Source: an uncultured Chloroflexia bacterium
GTDB lineage: Bacteria; Chloroflexota; Limnocylindria; Limnocylindrales; CSP1-4
Direction of reading: 5' to 3'
DNA length: 64,000 bases
Assembly: GCA_963819655.1 (NCBI GenBank)
Contig: CAWFXA010000003.1
Coordinates: 768,001 to 832,000 of the forward strand
Shown here: positions 9,196-23,281 of the stretch, piece by piece
Layout: each line of letters starts with the position of its first letter
Position numbering within the stretch: the first letter of the stretch is position 1
The notes under the pieces: model-generated
What the model was told of the DNA's origin: nothing
Database searches by the model: none
Seen by the model: the letters and a program-made list of their open reading frames with translations, nothing else
Program-made: the position numbers and the translations under genes

Positions 9196-10851
9196 GTGCC
9201 CCACGAGTCCGTCCGCCAACGCCTCGATCGCTTGACGCCCGACCAGCGGGCGGCCGCCACAGCTCCCCCTGGCCCGGTGTTGTGCGTCGCGCCGGCCGGA
9301 TCCGGCAAGACCACGACCCTCGTCGCACGGATCGCGTGGCTGGTCGATGGCGGGGCTGACCCCGCGAGCATCACGGCGATCACCTTCAACAAGCGAGCGG
9401 CGGAGGAACTGGGCGAGCGCGCGAGCGCGGCGCTGACACCGCTGGATGTCGCATTGCCGGTCCGCGTCCGGACGTTCCATGCGCTCGGGCGCGAGATCCT
9501 GCGCGACGCCGGGCGTCGCGTCGAGCCGCTCATCGACCGGTCCGACCTCGTGGCCGAGCTGTGGCCGAGGACCTCGATGGCCGAGCGAGGCCGGCTGGAC
9601 ACCGCGTTCTCCAGGCTCAAACTCGACCTGGCGGTCAGCGCCGCGGAGATCGCCGCCGATCCCGGCGCCGGCCCGATCGCGCGCGCGTTCGTGACGTACG
9701 AGGAGACGCTACGCGAGCGCGGCGCCCTCGACTTCGACGACCTGGTCCGCGACGCTCTCGTCGCTCTCGAGACAGACACGGCGCTGCTCGATCGGTGGCG
9801 CGGCCGTTGCGGCCATCTGCTGGTCGACGAGGTGCAGGACGTCGACCGCTCGCAGCTTCGGCTCGCCCTCCTGCTCGCGGAGCCTGCGAACCGCATCTTC
9901 CTCGTCGGCGACGATGACCAGTCGATCTATGGCTGGCGTCTCGCGGACGTGCGGCGCGTCCTGGTCATCGGCGCGTCGCTCCCGGGACTTCGACGCGTCG
10001 ATCTCGAGGTCAACCATCGCTGCCCGGCGCCCGTGGTCGACCGTGCTGTCCGACTGATCGCTCACAACGTGGAGCGATTCGACAAGGTGATCCGGCCGAG
10101 AGCGGATGCCCCGGGGTCGGTCGTGCTCGCCCCGGATCCGACCGACGAGCCGGAGCGCACCGAGCGGCTGATGCGATCGTGGCCGGACGACGACGGGACG
10201 CGGGCGATCCTGGCCCGCACCAACCGCGAGCTCCGACCGGCGGTCGTCTCCGCCTTGCGGTTGGGCGAACCGTTCCGGGCGCCGTCCGTCGAGCTTTTGG
10301 TGGACGACCCGGCGCTCGATCCGCTTCTCGACCGTATCGAGGTCGAGACCCCGTCCTCTGCCCCGCTGCTCGTCCGCCTCGGACGGTTCCGGGCTGGTCT
10401 TGCCCGAGGGTCGTGGACGGAACGCGAGCTGGCGTCGGCCCTGCTGGCGTGGGCCGTTCCGTTCTCCGACCTGGCGACATTCCGGGCTGGCATCGACGCG
10501 ATGCGAGCCAGGCTGGCAGAGCTTCGTCGCGACGATGCACGCCTGTCGCTGGCCACCGCGCATTCGACCAAGGGCGCTGAGTTCGATCACGTCGCGGTCG
10601 TCGGGCTCGAGGAGGGACGGTTCCCGAGCGGGCGTGCGATCGCGGACGCGGAGGATGCGGGTCGGGCGCTCGAGGAGGAACGGCGGCTCGGCTACGTCGC
10701 CTGGACCCGTGCGCGGCGCACGCTAACGCTGAGCTACGACCCCGCGGTCCCCTCCCCATTCCTGCTGGAGGCGTTCAGTGCTGCCGAGCTCGGGCTGGAG
10801 GGGGACTCGGGCGGCCGCGATCGAAGCGCGGCCGGCTCGCGCGACTCGTGA
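9196..10851 (+). CDS. UvrD/Rep-family ATP-dependent helicase (compact)
   Basis: APAGSGKT, ITFNKRAA, TFHAL, VDEVQD, VGDDDQSIYGWR, ILARTN, TAHSTKGAEF and EERRLGYVAWTRAR motifs. GTG start at 9196 inferred. Confidence 0.9.
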   Translation: MPHESVRQRLDRLTPDQRAAATAPPGPVLCVAPAGSGKTTTLVARIAWLVDGGADPASITAITFNKRAAEELGERASAALTPLDVALPVRVRTFHALGREILRDAGRRVEPLIDRSDLVAELWPRTSMAERGRLDTAFSRLKLDLAVSAAEIAADPGAGPIARAFVTYEETLRERGALDFDDLVRDALVALETDTALLDRWRGRCGHLLVDEVQDVDRSQLRLALLLAEPANRIFLVGDDDQSIYGWRLADVRRVLVIGASLPGLRRVDLEVNHRCPAPVVDRAVRLIAHNVERFDKVIRPRADAPGSVVLAPDPTDEPERTERLMRSWPDDDGTRAILARTNRELRPAVVSALRLGEPFRAPSVELLVDDPALDPLLDRIEVETPSSAPLLVRLGRFRAGLARGSWTERELASALLAWAVPFSDLATFRAGIDAMRARLAELRRDDARLSLATAHSTKGAEFDHVAVVGLEEGRFPSGRAIADAEDAGRALEEERRLGYVAWTRARRTLTLSYDPAVPSPFLLEAFSAAELGLEGDSGGRDRSAAGSRDS

Positions 10852-11035
10852 CCATGCGTAATGCGCACTGTCACGACCTTATGGCGACCTCGCCGACCGG
10901 CACAGTGTCTCGACGTCCCGCGACCATGCGTAATGCGCACGAGGACGCGCGATACGTCCGTCGTCAACGCGAATCGGCTCCGGATCGGTCGGCCCACTGG
11001 CCATAAGGTCGCCCTGATGCGCATCTCTCATGGTC
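10850..11035. repeat. REP/MITE-like imperfect inverted-repeat element with internal direct copy
   Basis: GACCATGCGTAATGCGCAC at 10850 and 10922. 10850-10899 is an imperfect inverted repeat of 10986-11035 (CGACCTTATGGC/GCCATAAGGTCG, GCCGACCG/CGGTCGGC). Confidence 0.75.
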
Positions 11036-11176
11036 GGAGCGTGTGCGCCGCCGCTCGGCCCCGCGCCGCCACTCAGCCCAGGGCCGCCGCTCAGCTCGCG
11101 TGAGCTCGGGACGATGAACCGTCGCTCAGCCCGCGCCGCCGCTCGGACCCCGCCCCGCTCAGCCCAGAGCCGCCCC

Positions 11177-11509
11177 TCAGCCCCGCGCCGCGGCCCGGTT
11201 GATCTCGCGCAGCAGCCGGTCGATCGCGTCGAGGAACGGCTCGGTGACATCGGCCGGGAGGACGTCGCGGACCGAGTCCTTCGGGCCGTACGCGGCCCGC
11301 GCCCGCAGGGCGGTCGATCGAAGCGCCGCCAGATCGTCGTCGCGCAGACGGTCGGGCAATGGCTCGAGAAAGACCAGCCAGCGCTCGGCGCCGCGACCGC
11401 GCGCCGCATCGACCATCCGGTCGCCGTGACGGGCCGCGATCAGGGCCAGCTCGTCGATGGCCGGGAGCTCGTGGCGGGCGGGCCCGCGCGACCGGGTGCG
11501 CTCAGGCAT
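11177..11509 (-). CDS. Hypothetical protein (~110 aa)
   Basis: ATG at 11509 overlaps the stop of the upstream gene (ATGCCTGA); plausible helical protein. Confidence 0.65.
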   Translation of the reverse strand: MPERTRSRGPARHELPAIDELALIAARHGDRMVDAARGRGAERWLVFLEPLPDRLRDDDLAALRSTALRARAAYGPKDSVRDVLPADVTEPFLDAIDRLLREINRAAARG

Positions 11510-11948
11510 CCGCCGGTGCAGTGGCCGGTTCGGTGCCGCTGGCGGATTCCGGCGGCGCGAGAAGCAGCAACGGAAGGCGCTTGCGCTCGGACCCGTTGAC
11601 GAGGATCCGGAACGAGTAGTCACCCGGTGCGGGGAACGTGAGATTCCACAGATCGATGGAGAACGTGAGGGTGGCGTCGCGGCCGTCGCGTTGGCTCCGC
11701 GCGACGAGACTGCCTGTGGCCCCCGCCACCTCGGCGCCATCAGGATCCAGGAGGACGAACCGGATGTCGTGCTCGCGCTCGGTCTCCGGGGCCGTGACCT
11801 GGAGGCCGATCACCAGCGCGAGATGAGGGTGGCGCAGCGGGAAACGCCGCCCACCGATCCGGGCGATCCCGCCTCCGAGGACGTGGAACTTCTGTCCTGG
11901 GATGGTCTCGGCGGCGTCGGCGAGGAATGCGAAGTCGATCTCTGGCAC
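11502..11948 (-). CDS. DUF6941-like small beta-sandwich protein
   Basis: FAFLADAA..GQKFHVLGGG start and LTFPAPGDYSFRILVNG end resemble this family. TAGGAT -10 box 6 nt upstream. Confidence 0.7.
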   Translation of the reverse strand: MPEIDFAFLADAAETIPGQKFHVLGGGIARIGGRRFPLRHPHLALVIGLQVTAPETEREHDIRFVLLDPDGAEVAGATGSLVARSQRDGRDATLTFSIDLWNLTFPAPGDYSFRILVNGSERKRLPLLLLAPPESASGTEPATAPADA

Positions 11949-12013
11949 GTGGCTATCCTAGCCGCTGGGGCTGCCGCGGGGACACGGCCGGGATGGTCGC
12001 GGCCCGACGAAGG

Positions 12014-15094
<3,081 letters not shown>

Positions 15095-15123
15095 GAATGA
15101 AGTCTAGCGGATGACACGCATTT

Positions 15124-15137
15124 GGAACAGGTGTTCG
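15124..15137. promoter_or_regulatory. LexA (SOS) box upstream of uvrA
   Basis: GGAACAGGTGTTCG matches GAAC-N4-GTTC, ~30 bp upstream of the uvrA start and next to the TAGACT -10 box (15101-15106). Confidence 0.8.
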
Positions 15138-15177
15138 TGTATGGGCTCGCGACCCCGCGGCGCCCCCGACCGACTCG

Positions 15178-15489
15178 TTATGGCAGCAGCACCGCCGCGT
15201 TCGAGATCCCGCCGATCAGCCCGGCCGCGATCCCGAGGGCCAGCGGCAGGCCGCCGACCGCGGCCCAGCGACCCTTCCCGCCCCGCACCGCGGCCGCGAC
15301 ACCCAGGGAGATGATGAGCGTCACCAGCGCGACCTTCGCGACGACCACCGCCGGCGTCCCGAAGCTCACGAACAGGCCCTGGACGAGCGGATTGGCCTCG
15401 GCGGCCACGCCCCACGTCCCGACCATCCTGTGAAAGGTCGCGAAATCGAACGCCTGCGCAACGATCAGGGTGACGAATCGGAGCAACAC
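15178..15489 (-). CDS. Small membrane protein (DUF5658-like)
   Basis: Three hydrophobic helices and a D..T...G..EANP..K motif. Confidence 0.7.
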   Translation of the reverse strand: MLLRFVTLIVAQAFDFATFHRMVGTWGVAAEANPLVQGLFVSFGTPAVVVAKVALVTLIISLGVAAAVRGGKGRWAAVGGLPLALGIAAGLIGGISNAAVLLP

Positions 15490-15586
15490 TCCACCAAACT
15501 AAACCGAACTCGTCCTAACGGCATCGCGATTCGCGCCCGAAAACTACGCCACGACAACGAAGCGGTGCACGCGGACACCGGCGGGC

Positions 15587-18001
<2,415 letters not shown>

Positions 18002-18032
18002 CCGTCAAGTCTACACCGGACCGCCTCAGTAC

Positions 18033-18046
18033 CGAACGGACGTTCG
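18033..18046. promoter_or_regulatory. LexA (SOS) box upstream of uvrB
   Basis: CGAACGGACGTTCG matches CGAAC-N4-GTTCG; similar spacing to the TAGACT -10 box (18008-18013) as at uvrA. Confidence 0.8.
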
Positions 18047-18157
18047 CACCGCCGATGCCCCTCTCGGCCGGTGTCTTGGGACGAATGACTCATACCGGGT
18101 CCCATGCCTCGGGCCGGACACTCGCAGCGTCACCACGCTGGAGAGCCACTGTCGCCG

Positions 18158-18676
18158 ATGCCGACCATCCGCCGCCGTTCCGAACGAGGACAGAGCCTGG
18201 TCGAATTCGCCCTGGTCCTGATGCCCCTGTTCGTGATCCTGCTGGCGATCATCCAGTTCGGCTTCATCTTCAACGCGTACGTGACGATCACCAACGCCAC
18301 GCGTGAGGGCGCGCGCAACGGGACCGTCTATGTCTACGACGCGAGCGGTTCGAAAGCCCAGAACGACCTCGCCCGGAACGACTTCATCAAGACCTCGTTG
18401 CTCGCCTCGATGAACCTGCTGTCAAAGACCTCGCCGAACTTCGCGACGGGGTCGACCTGGACCCAGAGCGGCAACACGTTCACGAACGGTGATCTCGTCG
18501 TCGCGTATGTGCTCCCGAGCGGAACACTGGATACCGATGCGCGGGTGGGCCAGCAGATCACCGTCCGCGCCACCTACCACCAGGACCTGGTCATTCCGAT
18601 CATCCCGCAGTTCCTGCCGAAGGACATGAACGGTCGGCTCGGGCTGACCTCCGAAGTGACGATGGTCGCGAACTGA
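18158..18676 (+). CDS. TadE-like pseudopilin
   Basis: RGQSLVEFALV prepilin motif and ATREGAR. Confidence 0.88.
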   Translation: MPTIRRRSERGQSLVEFALVLMPLFVILLAIIQFGFIFNAYVTITNATREGARNGTVYVYDASGSKAQNDLARNDFIKTSLLASMNLLSKTSPNFATGSTWTQSGNTFTNGDLVVAYVLPSGTLDTDARVGQQITVRATYHQDLVIPIIPQFLPKDMNGRLGLTSEVTMVAN

Positions 18677-20619
18677 TGGCGACGGTTCGAACTGGGCGCA
18701 GCAAAGGCCACGCGCGACGTCACGGCCGGCGTCCTGCCCGGGGCCAGATCCTCGTCCTCTTCGCGATGGCGCTCGTCGGCATCATGGCCGCCGCCGGCCT
18801 GGCGTTCGACCTCGGGCGGTTCTACAGCGAGAAGCGCTTCCTCCAGAACGCCGCTGACGCCGGCGCGCTCGCGGTGGCCAATGCATTGATCCGGGGCGAG
18901 TCGACGACCGACTCGGAGGCGGAGGGTCGCGACGTCCTGGCGCGCAACCTCCTGTCCAGCCCGACCGGAACGGTCGCGTCCGTCGCCATCTCGCCGCAGT
19001 ACGAGGCCGGCCACGTCGGCGATCCGTCCTACTTGTCGAGCGGCATCGTCATCTCCGGCGGCGATGTCCGGGTCGCGATCAGGAGCGACGTCACCTATAC
19101 ATTCGGGCGTGTCGTCGGTCTGAACTCGGCAGTCGTGGGCGGCAAGGCCCTGGTCAAGACGAAGGGCGATCTGCTGCCGGTCGCGGTGCGCCATTACATC
19201 AACGCGCCCGGACCATTCGCGGGGGCCGTCGCGCCGTGCGATGGGAACACGAACCAGTTCCAGGACCTCGTCGCGACAGCGAACACCGCGTGTCTCGGGA
19301 GCACGACCGACGCCTCGCTCCGCTCGACCCCGAACCCGGGATCGGCATTCAACGCGGCGACGCCGGACGACGACCCCGTGAATCACGGGCCGATCATCGC
19401 GCTCGTCGGACAGGGCGCATCACCGTCGAACGCGGCGAGCTTCCGCGGCTTCGTCGCGCTCGACATCCGCAACTTCCAGTACCAGTCGCCGCCGTCGAAC
19501 GTGTTCTACAACGGCGTCACTGCCGGGACCAACGCGAACACGCTGAAGGCGATGGAAGCGGGCTGGGTCGCGACCGGCTATCCCGGCCCCGACTTCCCGG
19601 TCGTGGTGGTGCCGCCGGATCCGAACGATCAGGTCGGCATCATCGACGGCAACTCGTCGGGCATCGTCGTCGACGCCATCAACGCGCGCTACGATCCGGG
19701 TGCCGAGATCCTCGCCGCGGTGTATTCCGGGACCGTCTCGAGCATCCCCGACTTCAGCTACGCGGTGCCGAGCACTGCCACGATCAACACCAACCAGACC
19801 CGGAACAACACGATCACGATGAGCGTGACGAAGAACGCCTCCTTCACGGGCGTCGTGTCGACGAGTGCGTTCCCGGACTGGGGTGATGCGGGCCATCCGT
19901 GGGGCACGACGCTCACCCCGATGACGTTCAGCCCGAGCCCGCTGGCGCCCAACGGGACCGTCACCTGGGCCACGTTCGAGACCACCGGTGCGCCGCAAGG
20001 TGTGTACACGGTCTGGGTGCAAGGCCATTCGTCGAGCCCGGTCCTGCTCGACCATTTCTACCCCGTCGGGATCTCGATCGGGAGCATCAACCGCGATTTC
20101 TCCACGAGCGGTGGCGCGGCGGTGCTGATCGCGTCGACCGGCGGAACCGGCACCACCGGGGTCAGCGTGAGCACACCGAACAACAACGGGACCTACTTCG
20201 GCGGCACCGTCTCGCTGAGCGTCGAGGGCGGCGCCGACGCCAATGGCGTGCTGCCGGTCGGGATCGGGACGGTCAGCGTCAGCCCCTCGACCATCACGCT
20301 CAACAAGGGCTCCTCCCAGACGGCGACGGTGTCGGTCAACGGCGGGACCCTCGGCCCGGGCGTCTACTCGCTGACGCTCCGCGTCACCGGGTCGAATTCG
20401 GCTGGCCAGCCGGTCACCCGGCTGGTGCCCATCAGCGTCGCCATCGCAACAGCCAGCACCACCAACGAATACGTCGACATCCTCGGCTTCACCACCTTCC
20501 GGATCACGTCGCTGGACAGCAACGCCGTCTACGGCTACGCGATCTCCGGCGTCTATGCCGACATGAACGATCCCGCGTTGCGCCGCGGTCAGGTGGCGCG
20601 ACTCGTGCCCTGGAACTAG
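18676..20619 (+). CDS. TadG-like pilus assembly protein with large extracellular domain
   Basis: RGQILVLFA, DLGRFY..K..LQNAADAGALA; Ser/Thr-rich Ig-like region; start coupled to the tadE stop. Confidence 0.85.
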   Translation: MATVRTGRSKGHARRHGRRPARGQILVLFAMALVGIMAAAGLAFDLGRFYSEKRFLQNAADAGALAVANALIRGESTTDSEAEGRDVLARNLLSSPTGTVASVAISPQYEAGHVGDPSYLSSGIVISGGDVRVAIRSDVTYTFGRVVGLNSAVVGGKALVKTKGDLLPVAVRHYINAPGPFAGAVAPCDGNTNQFQDLVATANTACLGSTTDASLRSTPNPGSAFNAATPDDDPVNHGPIIALVGQGASPSNAASFRGFVALDIRNFQYQSPPSNVFYNGVTAGTNANTLKAMEAGWVATGYPGPDFPVVVVPPDPNDQVGIIDGNSSGIVVDAINARYDPGAEILAAVYSGTVSSIPDFSYAVPSTATINTNQTRNNTITMSVTKNASFTGVVSTSAFPDWGDAGHPWGTTLTPMTFSPSPLAPNGTVTWATFETTGAPQGVYTVWVQGHSSSPVLLDHFYPVGISIGSINRDFSTSGGAAVLIASTGGTGTTGVSVSTPNNNGTYFGGTVSLSVEGGADANGVLPVGIGTVSVSPSTITLNKGSSQTATVSVNGGTLGPGVYSLTLRVTGSNSAGQPVTRLVPISVAIATASTTNEYVDILGFTTFRITSLDSNAVYGYAISGVYADMNDPALRRGQVARLVPWN

Positions 20620-20658
20620 CCGGGCGGGCACGGCACCAACCCATTCGGAGGCACCCAC

Positions 20659-21561
20659 GTGGAGATGGAATACAAGGACCCCAGTCGTAGGGGTCGGTGG
20701 ATCGTCGTCATCGGCATCGTCCTCGCGGTCGCTGCCGGCGGCGCGGCCTTCTTCTTGATCAACCAGGCACAGCAGCAGGCCGGCCAAGCCGGTCTGCAGC
20801 GGATCGCGGTCGTGGTCGCCGTGCAGACCATCCCCGCACGCAAGATCATCGAGGCGGCCGACGTGACGGTCCGCGAGATCCCCCTCGACGACACCAATGC
20901 GCAGGGCATCGCCTCGACACCCGACAAGGTCATCGGGCGCGTCCCGGCCGTCGCCATCCTTCAGGGTCAGATGGTGTTGACGAACCTGCTCGCCTCGAGC
21001 ACCGAGGGCGGTCAGTTCTCGGTCCTGGGTCCGGCCGACGCGTTCGCGTCGGACTCGCCAGATTGGCGTGCGATCTCGATGACCGTCCCCGACGATCGCG
21101 CGGTCGGTGGTCTGCTCGCCCCGAACCAGACGGTCGACGTGTTCGTGACCGCCAGCGTGAACGTCCTCACGAACTCGGAGTCCGGGCTCGGCGACAACGG
21201 CTATTACACGGACAAGGCGACCAAGCTGTCGTACCAGAACATGTTGCTCCTCGCCAAGTCCGGGACGTATTACGTGCTCAAGGCGCCAGTCGACGTCGCC
21301 GAGGAGATCTCCCATCTCCAGGCCAGCGGTGCCGCTGCGTTCAGCCTGGCGCTCCGACCCGACGTCGACACCCGGCAGGTCGACGCCAGCGCCCTCGGGA
21401 CCACCACGAACCGCGTCATCATCCGCTATGGGCTACCGATCCCGGTGGCGTTCCCACCCGTCTCCGGACCCGTCCCGACGCCGCGACCGACCCCGGTCGC
21501 GACCCCGACGCCGTCCGGCTCGCCGGGCGCGTCGCCGTCGCCCTCCGCAAGCCCGTCGTAG
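20659..21561 (+). CDS. cpaB: Flp pilus assembly protein CpaB/RcpC (SAF domain)
   Basis: TM anchor, SAF domain (VVVAVQTIPA...GRV..VAILQGQ) and RAISMTVPDDRAVGGLL...VDVFVT. Confidence 0.85.
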   Translation: MEMEYKDPSRRGRWIVVIGIVLAVAAGGAAFFLINQAQQQAGQAGLQRIAVVVAVQTIPARKIIEAADVTVREIPLDDTNAQGIASTPDKVIGRVPAVAILQGQMVLTNLLASSTEGGQFSVLGPADAFASDSPDWRAISMTVPDDRAVGGLLAPNQTVDVFVTASVNVLTNSESGLGDNGYYTDKATKLSYQNMLLLAKSGTYYVLKAPVDVAEEISHLQASGAAAFSLALRPDVDTRQVDASALGTTTNRVIIRYGLPIPVAFPPVSGPVPTPRPTPVATPTPSGSPGASPSPSASPS

Positions 21562-21618
21562 GTCGCCCCGGCAGGGTCATCAATTCCATCTCGCGCCGCT
21601 GACCCGGCGCGCCTCCGA

Positions 21619-21653
21619 GCCGCCCGGACCGCCGACGAGGTGGTCCGGGCGGC
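21619..21653 (+). terminator. GC-rich hairpin downstream of cpaB
   Basis: GCCGCCCGGACC / GGTCCGGGCGGC 12-bp stem with a weak T tail. Confidence 0.5.
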
Positions 21654-21709
21654 CACTCCGTTTCAGTTAGGCCCTCGGGAAGGCCGGCGGACGGCCTATC
21701 CCGGGTAGC

Positions 21710-21827
21710 GCATCTGTCAGATGCACCCTGCAGACAGCCTCGCGCGGACCTCAGACCAGATGACATCCCCGCGCATCTTGGGCCCCTCGCCACGTGAGCC
21801 TGTCGCGGATTCGCATCTGACGCTTGC
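21710..21827. repeat. 118-bp dispersed hairpin element, copy A
   Basis: Starts with palindrome GCATCTGTCAGATGC and ends GCATCTGACGCTTGC. Gapless 90/118 identity (hand count) to 31488-31605. Confidence 0.85.
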
Positions 21828-21921
21828 CGTCGCGGCCGGGTCGGTGACAGCCGCAGCCAGATCGGCCACAAGTCGTGGCCAGATAAGCGACAGAGAAGGG
21901 CCGTGTGGTTGATTCCGTCCC

Positions 21922-22689
21922 GTGTCCCAGCTTCTTCGTCGATCCTTCGCGTCGTTGTGTCGCGATACGAGGATCGGCCTGGATGTCACCCAAGAGCAGC
22001 TCGCCGACGCGGCTGGCGTGACACGTGGGTACATCGCGATGGTCGAGGGTGGTCGGGCCAACCCGTCGCTTGCGGTCGTCGAGCGAATCGGTGGCGCGCT
22101 CGGCCTCGAGCTCCGACTCGTCGGCCAGGCCCCGATCATCATGGGCCGTGAGCGGCAGCGCGACCTTGTGCATGCCCGTTGTTCCGGTTACGCCGAGCGT
22201 CGATTGCGGAAAGCGTCACTCGCGGTGGCCCGCGAAGTCGAGCTGGTCGATGGCCGCAGGCACGGCTGGGTCGACCTACTCGCGTTCGATGCGCGGAACG
22301 GGACGCTTATCGTCGTCGAGATCAAGACCCGCCTCGACGACCTCGGCATGATCGAGCGGCAGCTCGGTTGGTACGAGCGGCACGCCTTCCATGTCGCACG
22401 GGAGCTGGGATGGGAGCCACGACGACTGACCGCGTGGCTGGTCCTCCTGGCAAGCGACGAAGTCGATGCCGCGATCCGGGACAATCGGGAAGCGCTCCGC
22501 ATGGCGTTTCCGATGCGCGCGCCGGAGATGCTCGCATCGATCGACGACACTCCGCCTCGGGCCGGACGAGGACTGGCCTTGATCGACCCGACAAGTCGTC
22601 GTCAGATCCGAGCTCGCGTTGACGGCCGCCGCGGCGCCGCTCCGTTCCGCGACTACGCCGATGCCGCCGCCCGGCTCACGTCCCGATGA
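21922..22689 (+). CDS. XRE-family HTH + PD-(D/E)XK (restriction-fold) nuclease fusion
   Basis: HTH: TQEQLADAAGVTRGYIAMVEGGRANPSL. Nuclease: REV...GWVDLLAF...VVEIKT...RQLGWY. Confidence 0.82.
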   Translation: MSQLLRRSFASLCRDTRIGLDVTQEQLADAAGVTRGYIAMVEGGRANPSLAVVERIGGALGLELRLVGQAPIIMGRERQRDLVHARCSGYAERRLRKASLAVAREVELVDGRRHGWVDLLAFDARNGTLIVVEIKTRLDDLGMIERQLGWYERHAFHVARELGWEPRRLTAWLVLLASDEVDAAIRDNREALRMAFPMRAPEMLASIDDTPPRAGRGLALIDPTSRRQIRARVDGRRGAAPFRDYADAAARLTSR

Positions 22690-23281
22690 GCGCCTCGTCG
22701 AGCAGCCGGTCCACCTCGGCGCGGGTCGTCGCCGCGTCACCGCTCGTGTCGACGAAGCGGGTCGCGCGTCCGCGCAGGCGCTCGACGAGGTCGCCCTGCG
22801 CATCGATCCTGGCGGTCGCGTCGTCGCTCCGATCTCCGCGACCGATGAGCCGCTCGAGCTGGACGGCCGGTTCGCAGGCGACCAGCCAGACCTCGTCGCA
22901 CAGCTCCGCGAGCCCGCCCTCGACGAGCTTGATAGCCTCGATCACGACCGCCCGGGCGCCGCCATCCTGCGCGCGCTCGATCGCGGCGAGGATCCTGGGT
23001 CGGACTGCCGGATGGACGATCGCCTCGAGGTCCCTGAGCGCATCCGGGTCGGTGAACACGATCCGCCCGAGGGCCGCCCGATCGAGCTCGCCGTCCGGCC
23101 GCCGCCGCAGCGTCGCGCCGAAGCGCGCGTAGACGGCCTCGACCTCGGCGGTGCCCGGGGCGAGGACCAAGCGGGCCTCGTGATCGGCGTCGACGATGCG
23201 CACCCCGGCCCGCTCGCCCAGCCAGCGGGCGACGGTCGACTTCCCGCAACCGATCGGGCCGGTAACGCCGATCTTCAGCAT
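22676..23281 (-). CDS. coaE: Dephospho-CoA kinase
   Basis: IGVTGPIGCGKST, DAD, LDRAALGRIVF and LEAIVHP motifs; ATG at 23281. Confidence 0.95.
   Translation of the reverse strand: MLKIGVTGPIGCGKSTVARWLGERAGVRIVDADHEARLVLAPGTAEVEAVYARFGATLRRRPDGELDRAALGRIVFTDPDALRDLEAIVHPAVRPRILAAIERAQDGGARAVVIEAIKLVEGGLAELCDEVWLVACEPAVQLERLIGRGDRSDDATARIDAQGDLVERLRGRATRFVDTSGDAATTRAEVDRLLDEALIGT

Noticed and set aside
18073-18120. c-di-GMP riboswitch upstream of tadE
   Set aside because: A weak hairpin (GTGTC/GACAC, TGGGAC/GTCCCA) is present, but the class I/II consensus is not evident.
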